The translations under genes and the position numbers were made by a program. 64,000 nucleotides of DNA from a phage. Below, piece by piece: positions 48,397 to 64,000 of the stretch. The notes below the pieces were generated by a model. That model was given only the letters and a program-made list of their open reading frames with translations. It did not search any database and was not told where the DNA came from. Location: sequence record PX930851.1, one strand, 5' to 3'. Each line of letters starts with the position of its first letter. Position 1 is the stretch's first letter.

Positions 48397-51300
48397 CAGT
48401 AAAAGCACCTTCAGTCACTAGTCTCAGAATTTCCAAGTTATCCGCTAATCAGGTGCAAGTACGCTGGGATGACGTTGGTGCTAATTTCTACTACTTTGTA
48501 GAAATCGCTGAGACAAAATCAAACTCGGGAGAAAATCTCCCGAGTAATCAATATCGTTGGATTAATTTAGGATATACAGCAAATAATAGTTTCTTTTTTG
48601 ATGATGCTGATCCACTGACATCATATGTTATTAGAGTAGCTACAGCTGCGCAAGATTTTGAGCAGTCTGATTGGATTTATACAGAAGAGTTTGAAACTTT
48701 TGCTACAAATGCTTATACATTTCAAAACATGATTGAAATGCAATTAGCTAATAAATTCATTCAGGAAAAGTTCACTCTTAATAATTCTAATTATGTCAAT
48801 TTCAATAATGACACAATAATGGCTGCGTTGATGAATGAATCATTTCAGTTCAGCCCATCGTATGCTGATGTCTCATCAATCAGTAATTTTATTATTGGTG
48901 AAAATGAGTATCATGAAATACAAGGTTCTATTCAGCAAGTATGTAAGGATATTAACCGAGTTTATTTGATGGAATCAGAAGGAATTCTATATCTTTTTGA
49001 GCGCTATCAACCCGTAGTTAAAGTATCAAATGATAAAGGACAAACCTGGAAAGCTGTAAAGCTCTTCAATGACCGTGTAGGATATCCTTTATCTAAGACT
49101 GTATATTACCAATCTGCAAACACAACATACGTTCTAGGATACGATAAGATTTTCTATGGCCGTAAATCGACTGACGTTAGATGGTCAGCAGATGATGTCA
49201 GATTCAGTTCGCAGGATATAACATTTGCTAAATTAGGAGACCAACTTCATTTAGGATTCGATGTTGAAATCTTCGCTACTTATGCGACTTTACCAGCGAA
49301 TGTATATCGTATAGCTGAAGCCATTACTTGTACGGATGATTATATCTATGTTGTTGCCAGAGATAAAGTTAGATATATAAAAACGAGTAATGCACCTATA
49401 GATTCTGACCCGTTATCACCAACATACTCGGAAAGACTTTTTGAACCTGATACAATGACTATAACTGGAAATCCTAAAGCTGTATGCTATAAAATGGATT
49501 CTATTGGTGATAAAGTTTTTGCTCTTATTATTGGTGAAGTTGAAACATTAAATGCTAATCCTAGAACATCAAAAATAATTGATTCCGCTGATAAAGGAAT
49601 ATATGTTTTAAATCAAGACACGAAAACATGGAAAAGAGTTTTCGGTAATACCGAAGAAGAAAGAAGACGTATTCAACCTGGATACGCAAACATGTCAACT
49701 GATGGTAAATTAGTTTCTCTGTCTTCGAGTAATTTTAAATTTTTAAGTGATAACGTTGTTAATGACCCTGAAACTGCTGTAAAATACCAGTTAATCGGTG
49801 CTGTTAAATATGAATTTCCTCGCGAATGGTTAGCTGATAAACATTATCATATGATGGCGTTTATAGCGGATGAAAAATCTGATTGGGAGACTTTTACTCC
49901 TCAACCGATGAAATACTACGCAGAACCGTTCTTTAATTGGTCTAAAAAATCTAACACTCGTTGTTGGATAAACAACCCTGATAAAGCTGTAGTAGTTTAT
50001 GCTGATTTAAAATACACTAAAGTTATAGAAAATATTCCGGAAACATCACCAGATAGATTAGTTCATGAATACTGGGATGATGGCGATTGCACTATAGTAA
50101 TGCCAAATGTTAAATTCACCGGATTTAAAAAATATGCATCTGGGATGCTTTTCTACAAATCTTCTGGCGAAATAATTTCTTATTATGATTTTAACTATCG
50201 TGTGAGAGATACAGTAGAAATTATTTGGAAGCCAACTGAAGTATTTTTAAAAGCATTTTTACAAAACCAAGAGCGTGAAACTCCTTGGTCCCCGGAAGAA
50301 GAGCATGGATTAGCTGATCCTGATTTAAGACCATTGATTGGCACAATGATGCCTGATTCTTATTTGTTACAAGATTCTAATTTTGAGGCATTTTGTGAAG
50401 CATATATTCAATATCTTTCTGACGGATATGGAACTCAGTATAACAATTTACGAAATTTAATTCGTAACCAATATCCGCGAGAAGAGCATGCGTGGGAATA
50501 TTTATGGTCAGAAATATATAAAAGAAACATTTATTTAAATGCTGACAAACGCGATGCTGTTGCAAGATTTTTTGAATCACGTAGCTATGATTTTTATTCT
50601 ACTAAAGGAATTGAAGCATCATATAAATTTCTTTTTAAAGTTCTTTATAATGAAGAAGTTGAAATTGAAATTGAATCGGGAGCGGGTACTGAATATGATG
50701 TAATCATTCAATCTGATTCTCTTACAGAAGATTTAGTAGGACAAACGATTTATACAGCTACAGGAAGATGTAATGTTACTTATATAGAAAGAAGCTATTC
50801 TAATGGTAAATTGCAATGGACCGTGACTATACATAATCTTTTGGGGCGTTTAATAGCAGGGCAAGAAGTTAAAGCAGAAAGACTTCCAGGTTTTGAAGGC
50901 GAAATTATTCGTGGGGTTAAAGGAAAGGATTTGCTTCAAAATAATATAGACTATATTAATCGAAGTCGATCATATTATGTAATGAAAATTAAATCCAAAT
51001 TACCTTCTTCTCGTTGGAAATCTGACGTTATTCGTTTTGTTCATCCAGTAGGATTTGGATTTATAGCAATTACACTTTTAACAATGTTTATTAATGTTGG
51101 TTTAACTCTTAAACACACAGAGACTATAATTAATAAATACAAAAACTATAAATGGGATTCTGGATTGCCTACTGAATATGCTGATAGAGTAGCTAAATTG
51201 ACTCCAACTGGTGAAATTGAGCATGATTCGGTAACAGGCGAAGCAATTTATGAGCCTGGCCCAATGGCTGGTGTAGAATATCCTCTTCCTGATGACTATA

Positions 51301-51491
51301 ATGCTGAAAATAACAATTCAATATTTCAAGGTCAATTGCCGTCTGAACGACGTAAATTAATGAGTCCTTTATTTGATGCATCTGGAACAACATTTGCGCA
51401 ATTTAGAGATTTAGTTAATAAACGTCTAAAAGACAATATAGGAAATCCAAGAGACCCTGAAAATCCAACACAGGTTAAAATAGATGAATGA
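48393..51491 (+). CDS. 7: gp7 baseplate wedge initiator
   Basis: 1032 aa; synteny. Confidence 0.9.
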   Translation: MTVKAPSVTSLRISKLSANQVQVRWDDVGANFYYFVEIAETKSNSGENLPSNQYRWINLGYTANNSFFFDDADPLTSYVIRVATAAQDFEQSDWIYTEEFETFATNAYTFQNMIEMQLANKFIQEKFTLNNSNYVNFNNDTIMAALMNESFQFSPSYADVSSISNFIIGENEYHEIQGSIQQVCKDINRVYLMESEGILYLFERYQPVVKVSNDKGQTWKAVKLFNDRVGYPLSKTVYYQSANTTYVLGYDKIFYGRKSTDVRWSADDVRFSSQDITFAKLGDQLHLGFDVEIFATYATLPANVYRIAEAITCTDDYIYVVARDKVRYIKTSNAPIDSDPLSPTYSERLFEPDTMTITGNPKAVCYKMDSIGDKVFALIIGEVETLNANPRTSKIIDSADKGIYVLNQDTKTWKRVFGNTEEERRRIQPGYANMSTDGKLVSLSSSNFKFLSDNVVNDPETAVKYQLIGAVKYEFPREWLADKHYHMMAFIADEKSDWETFTPQPMKYYAEPFFNWSKKSNTRCWINNPDKAVVVYADLKYTKVIENIPETSPDRLVHEYWDDGDCTIVMPNVKFTGFKKYASGMLFYKSSGEIISYYDFNYRVRDTVEIIWKPTEVFLKAFLQNQERETPWSPEEEHGLADPDLRPLIGTMMPDSYLLQDSNFEAFCEAYIQYLSDGYGTQYNNLRNLIRNQYPREEHAWEYLWSEIYKRNIYLNADKRDAVARFFESRSYDFYSTKGIEASYKFLFKVLYNEEVEIEIESGAGTEYDVIIQSDSLTEDLVGQTIYTATGRCNVTYIERSYSNGKLQWTVTIHNLLGRLIAGQEVKAERLPGFEGEIIRGVKGKDLLQNNIDYINRSRSYYVMKIKSKLPSSRWKSDVIRFVHPVGFGFIAITLLTMFINVGLTLKHTETIINKYKNYKWDSGLPTEYADRVAKLTPTGEIEHDSVTGEAIYEPGPMAGVEYPLPDDYNAENNNSIFQGQLPSERRKLMSPLFDASGTTFAQFRDLVNKRLKDNIGNPRDPENPTQVKIDE

Positions 51492-52488
51492 TTCAAGTGT
51501 TATCTATCGTGCGATAGTTACTTCAAAATTTAGAACAGAAAAAATGTTGAATTTTTATAATTCAATTGGAAGTGGTCCGGATAAAAACACTATCTTTATC
51601 ACATTTGGAAGATCAGAACCGTGGTCATCAAATGAAAATGAGGTGGGCTTTGCCCCACCTCATCCTACCGATTCTGTATTAGGTGTAACTGACATGTGGA
51701 CTCATATGATGGGAACAGTAAAAGTTCTTCCATCTATGCTTGATGCAGTTATTCCTCGTCGAGATTGGGGAGATACTAGATATCCGGATCCATACACATT
51801 TAGAATTAATGATATTGTAGTGTGCAACTCAGCTCCTTACAACGCTACTGAATCAGGCGCGGGATGGTTAGTGTATCGCTGTTTAGATGTTCCTGATACT
51901 GGAATGTGCTCAATAGCATCTTTAACTAATAAGGATGAATGCCTTAAATTAGGTGGAAAATGGACTCCTTCTGCTAGGTCAATGACTCCTCCTGAAGGCC
52001 GAGGAGATGCTGAAGGAACAATTGAACCCGGCGATGGATATGTATGGGAATATCTTTTTGAGATTCCGCCTGATGTATCTATAAATAGATGCACGAATGA
52101 GTATATTGTAGTTCCTTGGCCTGAGGAATTAAAAGAAGACCCGACTAGATGGGGGTATGAAGATAATCTCACTTGGCAGCAAGATGATTTTGGATTAATT
52201 TATCGTGTTAAAGCTAATACAATTCGTTTTAAAGCATATTTAGATTCAGTTTATTTTCCTGAAGCTGCATTGCCGGGAAATAAAGGATTTAGACAAATAT
52301 CGATAATTACAAATCCTCTTGAAGCTAAAGTTCATCCAAATGATCCAAACGTTAAAGCTGAAAAGGATTATTATGATCCTGAAGATTTAATGAGGCATTC
52401 GGGTGAAATGATTTATATGGAAAATAGGCCACCTATTATTATGGCAATGGATCAGACAGAAGAAATCAATATTCTGTTTACATTTTAA
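51484..52488 (+). CDS. 8: gp8 baseplate wedge protein
   Basis: 334 aa; followed by strong terminator. Confidence 0.9.
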   Translation: MNDSSVIYRAIVTSKFRTEKMLNFYNSIGSGPDKNTIFITFGRSEPWSSNENEVGFAPPHPTDSVLGVTDMWTHMMGTVKVLPSMLDAVIPRRDWGDTRYPDPYTFRINDIVVCNSAPYNATESGAGWLVYRCLDVPDTGMCSIASLTNKDECLKLGGKWTPSARSMTPPEGRGDAEGTIEPGDGYVWEYLFEIPPDVSINRCTNEYIVVPWPEELKEDPTRWGYEDNLTWQQDDFGLIYRVKANTIRFKAYLDSVYFPEAALPGNKGFRQISIITNPLEAKVHPNDPNVKAEKDYYDPEDLMRHSGEMIYMENRPPIIMAMDQTEEINILFTF

Positions 52489-52493
52489 ATTAA

Positions 52494-52520
52494 GGGAGCC
52501 CATGGGCTCCCTTTTTCTTT
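52494..52520 (+). terminator. intrinsic terminator after gene 8
   Basis: palindrome GGGAGCCCATGGGCTCCC followed by TTTTTCTTT. Confidence 0.7.
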
Positions 52521-52527
52521 ATAAATA
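52520..52527 (+). promoter_or_regulatory. late promoter (TATAAATA) for gene 9
   Basis: exact TATAAATA after gene 8 terminator, 25 nt upstream of gene 9 ATG. Confidence 0.7.
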
Positions 52528-52551
52528 CTATAAACTCATAAGGAAACCGCT

Positions 52552-53418
52552 ATGTTCATTCAAGAACCAAAGAAATTGATTGATACCGGCGAAATTGGTA
52601 ACGCTTCTACTGGTGATATCTTATTCGACGGTGGTAATAAAATTAATAGTGATTTTAACGCAATTTATAACGCGTTTGGCGATCAACGTAAAATGGCAGT
52701 AGCAAATGGCACTGGAGCTGATGGTCAAATTATCCATGCTACTGGATATTATCAAAAACACTCTATCGCGGAGTACGCAACTCCAGTAAAAGTTGGCACT
52801 AGACATGATATTGATACTTCTACCGTAGGTGTTAAAGTTATCATTGAAAGAGGCGAACTTGGCGACTGCGTTGAATTTATTAACTCGAATGGATCAATAT
52901 CAGTTACTAATCCTTTAACGATTCAAGCTATTGATTCAATTAAAGGCGTTTCAGGTAATTTAGTAGTAACTAGTCCATATAGTAAAGTTACTTTACGTTG
53001 TATTTCATCTGATAATTCTACGTCGGTTTGGAATTATTCTATTGAAAGTATGTTTGGGCAAAAGGAATCACCAGCTGAAGGTACATGGAATATTTCTACA
53101 TCTGGATCAGTTGACATTCCACTATTTCATCGCACTGAATACAATATGGCTAAATTGCTAGTTACGTGCCAATCAGTAGATGGAAGAAAAATTAAAACAG
53201 CAGAAATAAATATTCTTGTGGATACTGTTAATTCAGAGGTCATTTCTTCTGAATATGCTGTCATGCGAGTTGGGAATGAAACCGAAGAAGACGAAATCGC
53301 TAATACTGCATTTAGTATTAAAGAAAATTACGTAACGGCGACTATAAGTTCTTCAACTGTCGGTATGAGAGCAGCAGTTAAAGTTATCGCTACGCAGAAA
53401 ATCGGGGTGGCTCAATAA
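52552..53418 (+). CDS. 9: gp9 baseplate wedge/long tail fibre socket
   Basis: 288 aa; own late promoter. Confidence 0.9.
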   Translation: MFIQEPKKLIDTGEIGNASTGDILFDGGNKINSDFNAIYNAFGDQRKMAVANGTGADGQIIHATGYYQKHSIAEYATPVKVGTRHDIDTSTVGVKVIIERGELGDCVEFINSNGSISVTNPLTIQAIDSIKGVSGNLVVTSPYSKVTLRCISSDNSTSVWNYSIESMFGQKESPAEGTWNISTSGSVDIPLFHRTEYNMAKLLVTCQSVDGRKIKTAEINILVDTVNSEVISSEYAVMRVGNETEEDEIANTAFSIKENYVTATISSSTVGMRAAVKVIATQKIGVAQ

Positions 53419-55223
53419 TGAAACAAAATATTAATATCGGTAATGTTGTAGATGATGGTACCGGTGACTACCTGCGTAAAGGTGGTATAAAAATAAATGA
53501 AAACTTTGATGAGCTTTATTATGAACTCGGTGATGGTAATGTTCCATATTCAGCCGGTGCTTGGAAAACTTATAATGCTTCATCTGGGCAAACATTAAAA
53601 GCTGAATGGGGAAAATCATACGCTATTAATACTTCGTCTGGAAGAGTAACACTGCAACTTCCTAAAGGAACTGTTAATGATTATAATAAAGTAATTAGAG
53701 CTAGGGATGTATTTGCAACATGGAATGTTAATCCAGTTACTTTAGTAGCCGCTTCTGGTGATACTATTAAAGGATCATCGTCATCGGTTGAAATTAACGT
53801 TCAATTTAGTGATTTAGAGCTAGTTTATTGCGCTCCGGGCCGTTGGGAATATGTCAAAAATAAACAAATTGACAAAATTATTAGTTCAGACATTAGCAAT
53901 GTAGCTCGTAAAGAATTTTTAGTCGAAGTTCAAGGACAAACAGACTTTTTAGATATTTTCCGTGGAACTAGTTATAATGTTAATAACATCAGAGTAAAAC
54001 ACCGCGGTAACGAATTGTATTACGGCGATGTTTTTAGCGAAAACAGTGACTTTGGCTCTCCAGGGGAAAATGAAGGAGAATTGGTTCCTCTTGATGGATT
54101 TAATATTAGATTAAGACAGCCTTGTAATATTGGTGACACTGTTCAAATTGAAACATTTATGGATGGTGTATCGCAGTGGAGAAGTTCATACACAAGACGT
54201 CAAATAAAAGTATTAGATTCAAAATTAACATCAAAAACTTCTTTGGAAGGAAGTATTTACGTTACTGATTTATCGACAATGAAATCAATTCCATTCTCCG
54301 CATTTGGATTAATTCCAGGAGAACCTATTAATCCTAATTCTCTTGAAGTTCGTTTTAATGGAATTTTACAACAACAAGCTGGAACAGCCGGATATCCTCT
54401 GTTTTTATGTGAAGGCGCTAATTCAGATACACAAGAAGGATGTATATCTCTTGGTGGTGAATGGAAAGAATCAAACACAGATTATTCTATAGAATATGAA
54501 GATGGAAAACCGATCAGTCTTTTATTTGATAGAAAATTTGAATCAGGTGATATAATCGTTATAACATGGTTCAATAATGATTTAGGAACTCTTTTAGAAA
54601 AAGATGACATCATTGAATTGACTGATGACCGTTATGTTAGCAAAGGATCATCTACCGAAGTTACTGGTGATGTAGCCTTAACAGATTTTGATAAAATCGG
54701 TTGGCCAAATGTTGAAAAAGTTGATTCTTATACTAGAACGTATAATTCAATATCATCTATTTTCGATAGCATTTATCCTGTAGGTTCAATTTATGAAAAT
54801 GCTATAAATCCAAATAATCCGGTGACTTATATGGGATTTGGTTCATGGAAATTATTTGGTAAAGGACAAGTTTTAGTAGGATGGAATGATGATGTTACGG
54901 ATCCAAACTTTGCTTTAAACAATAATGATTTAGATTCTAGCGGAAATCCTTCACATACTGCCGGTGGAACAGTTGGAACAACATCAGTAACGCTTGAAAA
55001 CGCAAATCTTCCTGCAACTAAAACCGACGAAAGAGTTTTAATTGAAGACGAAAATGGATCGGTTATTATTGGAGGTTGCCAATATGACCCAGACGAAACT
55101 GGTCCTATATATACAAAATATCGTGAAGACTACGCAACAACAAACTCTTCACATACTCCTCCTGCTAATATTAGTAATATTCAACCGTCTATTACTGTAT
55201 ACCGTTGGATAAGGATTGCATAA
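53418..55223 (+). CDS. 10: gp10 baseplate wedge protein
   Basis: 601 aa; synteny. Confidence 0.9.
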   Translation: MKQNINIGNVVDDGTGDYLRKGGIKINENFDELYYELGDGNVPYSAGAWKTYNASSGQTLKAEWGKSYAINTSSGRVTLQLPKGTVNDYNKVIRARDVFATWNVNPVTLVAASGDTIKGSSSSVEINVQFSDLELVYCAPGRWEYVKNKQIDKIISSDISNVARKEFLVEVQGQTDFLDIFRGTSYNVNNIRVKHRGNELYYGDVFSENSDFGSPGENEGELVPLDGFNIRLRQPCNIGDTVQIETFMDGVSQWRSSYTRRQIKVLDSKLTSKTSLEGSIYVTDLSTMKSIPFSAFGLIPGEPINPNSLEVRFNGILQQQAGTAGYPLFLCEGANSDTQEGCISLGGEWKESNTDYSIEYEDGKPISLLFDRKFESGDIIVITWFNNDLGTLLEKDDIIELTDDRYVSKGSSTEVTGDVALTDFDKIGWPNVEKVDSYTRTYNSISSIFDSIYPVGSIYENAINPNNPVTYMGFGSWKLFGKGQVLVGWNDDVTDPNFALNNNDLDSSGNPSHTAGGTVGTTSVTLENANLPATKTDERVLIEDENGSVIIGGCQYDPDETGPIYTKYREDYATTNSSHTPPANISNIQPSITVYRWIRIA

Positions 55224-55882
55224 TGAGTTTACTTAATAATAAAGCGGGAGTTATTTCCCGCTTAGCAGATTTTCTTGGTTTTAGAACTAAGAAAAATGAT
55301 ATTTCGGTTATGAATAATCAGCCAGTAGGTGCTGTAACAATTTCACAAATAGCAAAAGGTTTTTATGACCCAAATGTAGAATCTGCTATTAATGATGTTA
55401 GAAATATGGCAGAGCAACAGGTTGGAGCTGTATTAGTTAATATAAGCGGTGTATCTCCTACTGGAGTGCAACAAACAGACTACTGGTCATTTGAAGGAAC
55501 TGTCAATGATACTTCAGCCAAACCAGGTGACACAGTTATTGTTAACATGTTTGGTATTCCAGTTAAAGCTACTAATGGAATGACTTCAATCGAATTTACC
55601 AGTGCCGTTAGAACAGCTCTACAGGAAATGGTTGCAAAATTTATTGCAATTGATTCATTTGAAGACCATCCTACCATAGGAAATAAAATACAAGTTAAGT
55701 ATTTAGATAACCAAGAACATATCTTAGAACAATACTCTGATAAAGGAATTACTTTCAAACAAGAAATAATTTCTCCTTCTAAACCTGGATACGGAACTTG
55801 GCAATTATTAGGTGCGCAAACTGTCACGCTAGATAGTCACACACAACCTACGGTATTTTATTATTTTGAGAGAATAGCATGA
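55223..55882 (+). CDS. 11: gp11 baseplate wedge/short tail fibre connector
   Basis: 219 aa from ATG 55223 (TAATG overlap with gene 10 stop). Confidence 0.88.
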   Translation: MSLLNNKAGVISRLADFLGFRTKKNDISVMNNQPVGAVTISQIAKGFYDPNVESAINDVRNMAEQQVGAVLVNISGVSPTGVQQTDYWSFEGTVNDTSAKPGDTVIVNMFGIPVKATNGMTSIEFTSAVRTALQEMVAKFIAIDSFEDHPTIGNKIQVKYLDNQEHILEQYSDKGITFKQEIISPSKPGYGTWQLLGAQTVTLDSHTQPTVFYYFERIA

Positions 55883-57429
55883 GTAACAATACATATCAGC
55901 ACGTATCAAATGAATCAAAATACGTTAAATTCGATCCTGTAGGATCGAATTTTCCTGACACTGTCACGACAGTGCAGTCTGCATTATCAAAAATAAGTAA
56001 TATCGGCGTAAATGGTATTCCTGATGCAACTATGGAAGTTAAAGGAATAGCAATGATTGCGTCAGAGCAAGAGGTTTTAGATGGAACTAATAATTCTAAA
56101 ATCGTTACACCAGCTACATTAGCAACAAGATTATTGTATCCAAATGCTACTGAAACTAAGTATGGTTTAACGCGCTATTCAACAAATGAAGAAACATTAG
56201 AAGGCTCAGATAATAATTCATCAATAACGCCGCAAAAACTGAAATACCATACTGACGATGTGTTCCAAAATAGATATTCGTCTGAGTCATCAAACGGGGT
56301 TATTAAAATATCATCTACACCTGCAGCTTTAGCTGGTGTAGATGATACTACGGCAATGACTCCGCTAAAAACACAAAAACTTGCAATAAAATTAATTTCG
56401 CAAATAGCTCCTTCAGAAGACACAGCATCAGAATCTGTTAGAGGCGTAGTTCAGTTATCAACTGTCGCTCAAACTCGTCAAGGAACTCTCCGCGAAGGAT
56501 ATGCAATTTCTCCGTATACCTTTATGAATTCTGTTGCAACACAAGAATATAAGGGTGTTATACGTTTAGGAACACAATCGGAAATTAACAGTAATTTGGG
56601 AGATGTTGCTGTAACAGGTGAAACATTAAATGGTCGAGGAGCTACCGGTTCTATGCGTGGGGTAGTAAAATTAACGACGCAAGCCGGTATTGCCCCTGAA
56701 GGTGATAGCTCTGGAGCATTAGCATGGAACGCAGATGTAATTAATACTCGCGGTGGACAAACTATTAATGGTTCTTTAAATTTAGATCATTTAACAGCAA
56801 ATGGAATTTGGTCACGCGGCGGAATGTGGAAAAATGGCGATCAACCTGTTGCCACTGAAAGATATGCGTCCGAAAGGGTTCCAGTTGGAACTATTATGAT
56901 GTTTGCTGGAGATTCAGCTCCTCCTGGTTGGATTATGTGCCATGGTGGAACTGTGTCAGGAGATCAATATCCTGATTATAGAAACACAGTTGGAACGAGA
57001 TTTGGTGGCGATTGGAATAATCCTGGCATTCCTGATATGCGAGGTCTTTTCGTCAGAGGAGCTGGTACTGGTGGTCATATTTTAAATCAACGAGGGCAAG
57101 ATGGTTACGGGAAGGATAGACTTGGTGTAGGATGTGACGGAATGCATGTTGGCGGGGTTCAAGCACAACAGATGTCATACCATAAACATGCTGGCGGTTG
57201 GGGAGAATACCAAAGACATGAAGCTCCATTTGGCGCGTCCGTTTATCAAGGATATCTTGGAACTAGAAAATATGCCGACTGGGATAATGCTTCATACTTC
57301 ACTAATGATGGATTTGAATTAGGTGGGCCGAGAGATGCCCTTGGTACACTTAATCGCGAAGGATTAATTGGTTATGAAACTAGACCATGGAATATATCAT
57401 TAAACTATATTATTAAAATTCATTACTAA
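55879..57429 (+). CDS. 12: gp12 short tail fibre
   Basis: 516 aa; synteny. Confidence 0.88.
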   Translation: MSNNTYQHVSNESKYVKFDPVGSNFPDTVTTVQSALSKISNIGVNGIPDATMEVKGIAMIASEQEVLDGTNNSKIVTPATLATRLLYPNATETKYGLTRYSTNEETLEGSDNNSSITPQKLKYHTDDVFQNRYSSESSNGVIKISSTPAALAGVDDTTAMTPLKTQKLAIKLISQIAPSEDTASESVRGVVQLSTVAQTRQGTLREGYAISPYTFMNSVATQEYKGVIRLGTQSEINSNLGDVAVTGETLNGRGATGSMRGVVKLTTQAGIAPEGDSSGALAWNADVINTRGGQTINGSLNLDHLTANGIWSRGGMWKNGDQPVATERYASERVPVGTIMMFAGDSAPPGWIMCHGGTVSGDQYPDYRNTVGTRFGGDWNNPGIPDMRGLFVRGAGTGGHILNQRGQDGYGKDRLGVGCDGMHVGGVQAQQMSYHKHAGGWGEYQRHEAPFGASVYQGYLGTRKYADWDNASYFTNDGFELGGPRDALGTLNREGLIGYETRPWNISLNYIIKIHY

Positions 57430-57438
57430 GGATTACAA

Positions 57439-58896
57439 ATGATTGAATTAAAAGATTTACCTTTTGTTGATAGCGTTCCTGGCGAAGGTCAGGAACGTAT
57501 TTCATGGATTAAAAATGGTGAAGAAATACTAGGAGCTAGTACTAAGTATGGAAACGATGGATCAATGAATAGACCAACTGTGTCCGTATTTAAAAATGTT
57601 GAGGTTCTTGATGAAAATATAGGAATTCTTAAAACTGCCGTTGAAACATCACAGGAAGATATTAAAACAATTCAAGGCATTTTGGATGTATCTGGAGATA
57701 TCGAAGCACTATCACAGATTAGCGTTAATAAAAATGACATATCAAATTTAAAGACGCTTACGAATGAACACACTGATATATTAAATGGTACAAATACTAC
57801 GGTTGATAATATTCTTTCTGATATTGGTCCATTTAATTCGCAAGCAAATTCAGTTTATAGAACGATTAGAAATGATTTGTTATGGATTAAAAGGGAATTA
57901 GGACAATATGCTGGGCAAGATATTAATGGTCTTCCTGTTGTAGGAAATAGCAGCACGGGGATGAAGCACCGTATCATTAATAATACAGATGCTATAACTT
58001 CCCAAGGAATACGTCTAAGTGATTTGGAAGAAAAATTTATTGAATCTGATGTAGGTTCACTGACAATTGAAGTTGGAAATCTTAGACAAGAACTTGGACA
58101 AAGACCATCTTCATTTAGTGAAAGCATATATTCACGTGTGTATAATTTAGATCAATCACAGATTAATCTTAGTTCCGAAATTAAATCTATCAAAACTTCT
58201 ATTGGATATCCAGGAAATACTTCAATAATCACAGATGTCAATGTCAACAGTCAAGAAATTTCAGCTTTAAATGATGAACTAAATAAAAGTGGCGGCGTTA
58301 AACAGCGATTAACTGTTATTGAAACATCGATTGGTTCAGATGATATTCCTTCTAGTATTAAAGGTCAAATTAAAGATAATACCACTTCTATTGAATCTTT
58401 AAATGGAATTGTAGGTGAAAACACCTCGTCCGGTTTAAGAGCTAACGTTTCATGGCTAAATCAGATAGTTGGAACTGATTCTAGCGGAGGTCAACCTTCT
58501 CCTCCGGGGTCTCTTTTAAATAGAGTTTCAACAGTTGAAACCTCTGTTAATAGACTTAACAATGATGTTCAAAACTTACAGGTTGAAATTGGTAATAACA
58601 ATTCCGGAATTAAAGGGCAAGTTGTAACACTAAATAAATTAGTAAATGGAACAAATCCGAATGGTTCAACTGTCGAAGAACGCGGATTGACTAATTCAAT
58701 AAAAGCTAATGAGACTAACATTTCTTCAATTAATCAAGAGATTCGTAGTATTAAAGGTAATGTGTCCTCATTGCAGAGGGATGTCCAGACTTTACAAGAA
58801 GCTGGTTATATTCCTGAAGCTCCAAAAGATGGTCAAGCTTACGTTCGTAAAGACGGCGAATGGGTATTGCTTTCTACCTTTTTATCACCAGCATAA
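57439..58896 (+). CDS. wac: fibritin (whisker antigen control)
   Basis: 485 aa coiled-coil protein; C-terminal foldon-like [27 protein letters not shown]. Confidence 0.92.
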   Translation: MIELKDLPFVDSVPGEGQERISWIKNGEEILGASTKYGNDGSMNRPTVSVFKNVEVLDENIGILKTAVETSQEDIKTIQGILDVSGDIEALSQISVNKNDISNLKTLTNEHTDILNGTNTTVDNILSDIGPFNSQANSVYRTIRNDLLWIKRELGQYAGQDINGLPVVGNSSTGMKHRIINNTDAITSQGIRLSDLEEKFIESDVGSLTIEVGNLRQELGQRPSSFSESIYSRVYNLDQSQINLSSEIKSIKTSIGYPGNTSIITDVNVNSQEISALNDELNKSGGVKQRLTVIETSIGSDDIPSSIKGQIKDNTTSIESLNGIVGENTSSGLRANVSWLNQIVGTDSSGGQPSPPGSLLNRVSTVETSVNRLNNDVQNLQVEIGNNNSGIKGQVVTLNKLVNGTNPNGSTVEERGLTNSIKANETNISSINQEIRSIKGNVSSLQRDVQTLQEAGYIPEAPKDGQAYVRKDGEWVLLSTFLSPA

Positions 58897-58900
58897 CATG

Positions 58901-58914
58901 GGGCCGCAAGGCCC
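58901..58914 (+). terminator. GNRA-tetraloop hairpin after wac
   Basis: GGGCC-GCAA-GGCCC; weak U tract. Confidence 0.35.
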
Positions 58915-58927
58915 TAAAGGATTTTAA

Positions 58928-60629
<1,702 letters not shown>

Positions 60630-60670
60630 TAAATATTATAAACTAATTAAAGCCCAGATTAGGAGAAATC

Positions 60671-63811
<3,141 letters not shown>

Positions 63812-63839
63812 TATTAAAGCATATTAAAGAGGATTAAAA

Positions 63840-64000
63840 ATGACTTTATTATCTCCGGGCATTGAGCTCAAAGAAACTACGGTTCAAAGCACCGTGGTTA
63901 ATAACTCTACTGGTACAGCAGCTTTGGCCGGTAAATTCCAGTGGGGTCCTGCTTTTCAGATTAAACAGGTTACAAATGAAGTAGATTTAGTTAATACTTT
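63840..64000 (+). CDS. 18: gp18 tail sheath protein, N-terminal fragment at window edge
   Basis: ATG 63840 (MTLLSPGIELKETTVQS...) preceded by TATAAATA late promoter. Confidence 0.85.
   Translation, partial: MTLLSPGIELKETTVQSTVVNNSTGTAALAGKFQWGPAFQIKQVTNEVDLVNT

Overview
This 64 kb window is a contiguous piece of a T4-like (Tequatrovirus-type) myovirus genome. Gene names below are assigned from motifs, protein lengths and gene order recalled for phage T4; no database search was run. Bases 1-43233 are a minus-strand early/middle region: gp46 (partial), gp47, alpha-glucosyltransferase, gp55, nrdH/nrdG/nrdD, endonuclease VII, nrdC, a long accessory region of unknown-function ORFs, rI, tk, regB, denV, lysozyme e, nudE, a cluster of 10 tRNAs, 57B/57A and genes 1, 3, 2, 4. 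Bases 43281-64000 are the plus-strand late module: baseplate genes 53, 5, 5.1, 5.4, 6-11, short tail fibre 12, fibritin wac, neck 13/14, 15, terminase 16/17 and the start of sheath gene 18. The phage is not T4 itself: nrdD is intronless, there are 10 rather than 8 tRNAs, and no homing-endonuclease ORFs were seen. Regulatory signals readable from the sequence are 12 near-identical early promoters, MotA-type middle promoter candidates, TATAAATA late promoters and UUCG/GAAA-tetraloop terminator hairpins. The best candidates for undescribed biology are in the accessory region: an early operon encoding a nucleotidyltransferase-signature protein with a 3-TM partner, a tandem array of four diverged paralogs with C-terminal coiled coils next to a P-loop ATPase, a macro-domain protein, and three internal-protein-like genes carrying capsid-targeting leaders. 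Likely homologs of the known anti-CBASS proteins Acb1 (57B) and Acb2 (vs.4) are also present.
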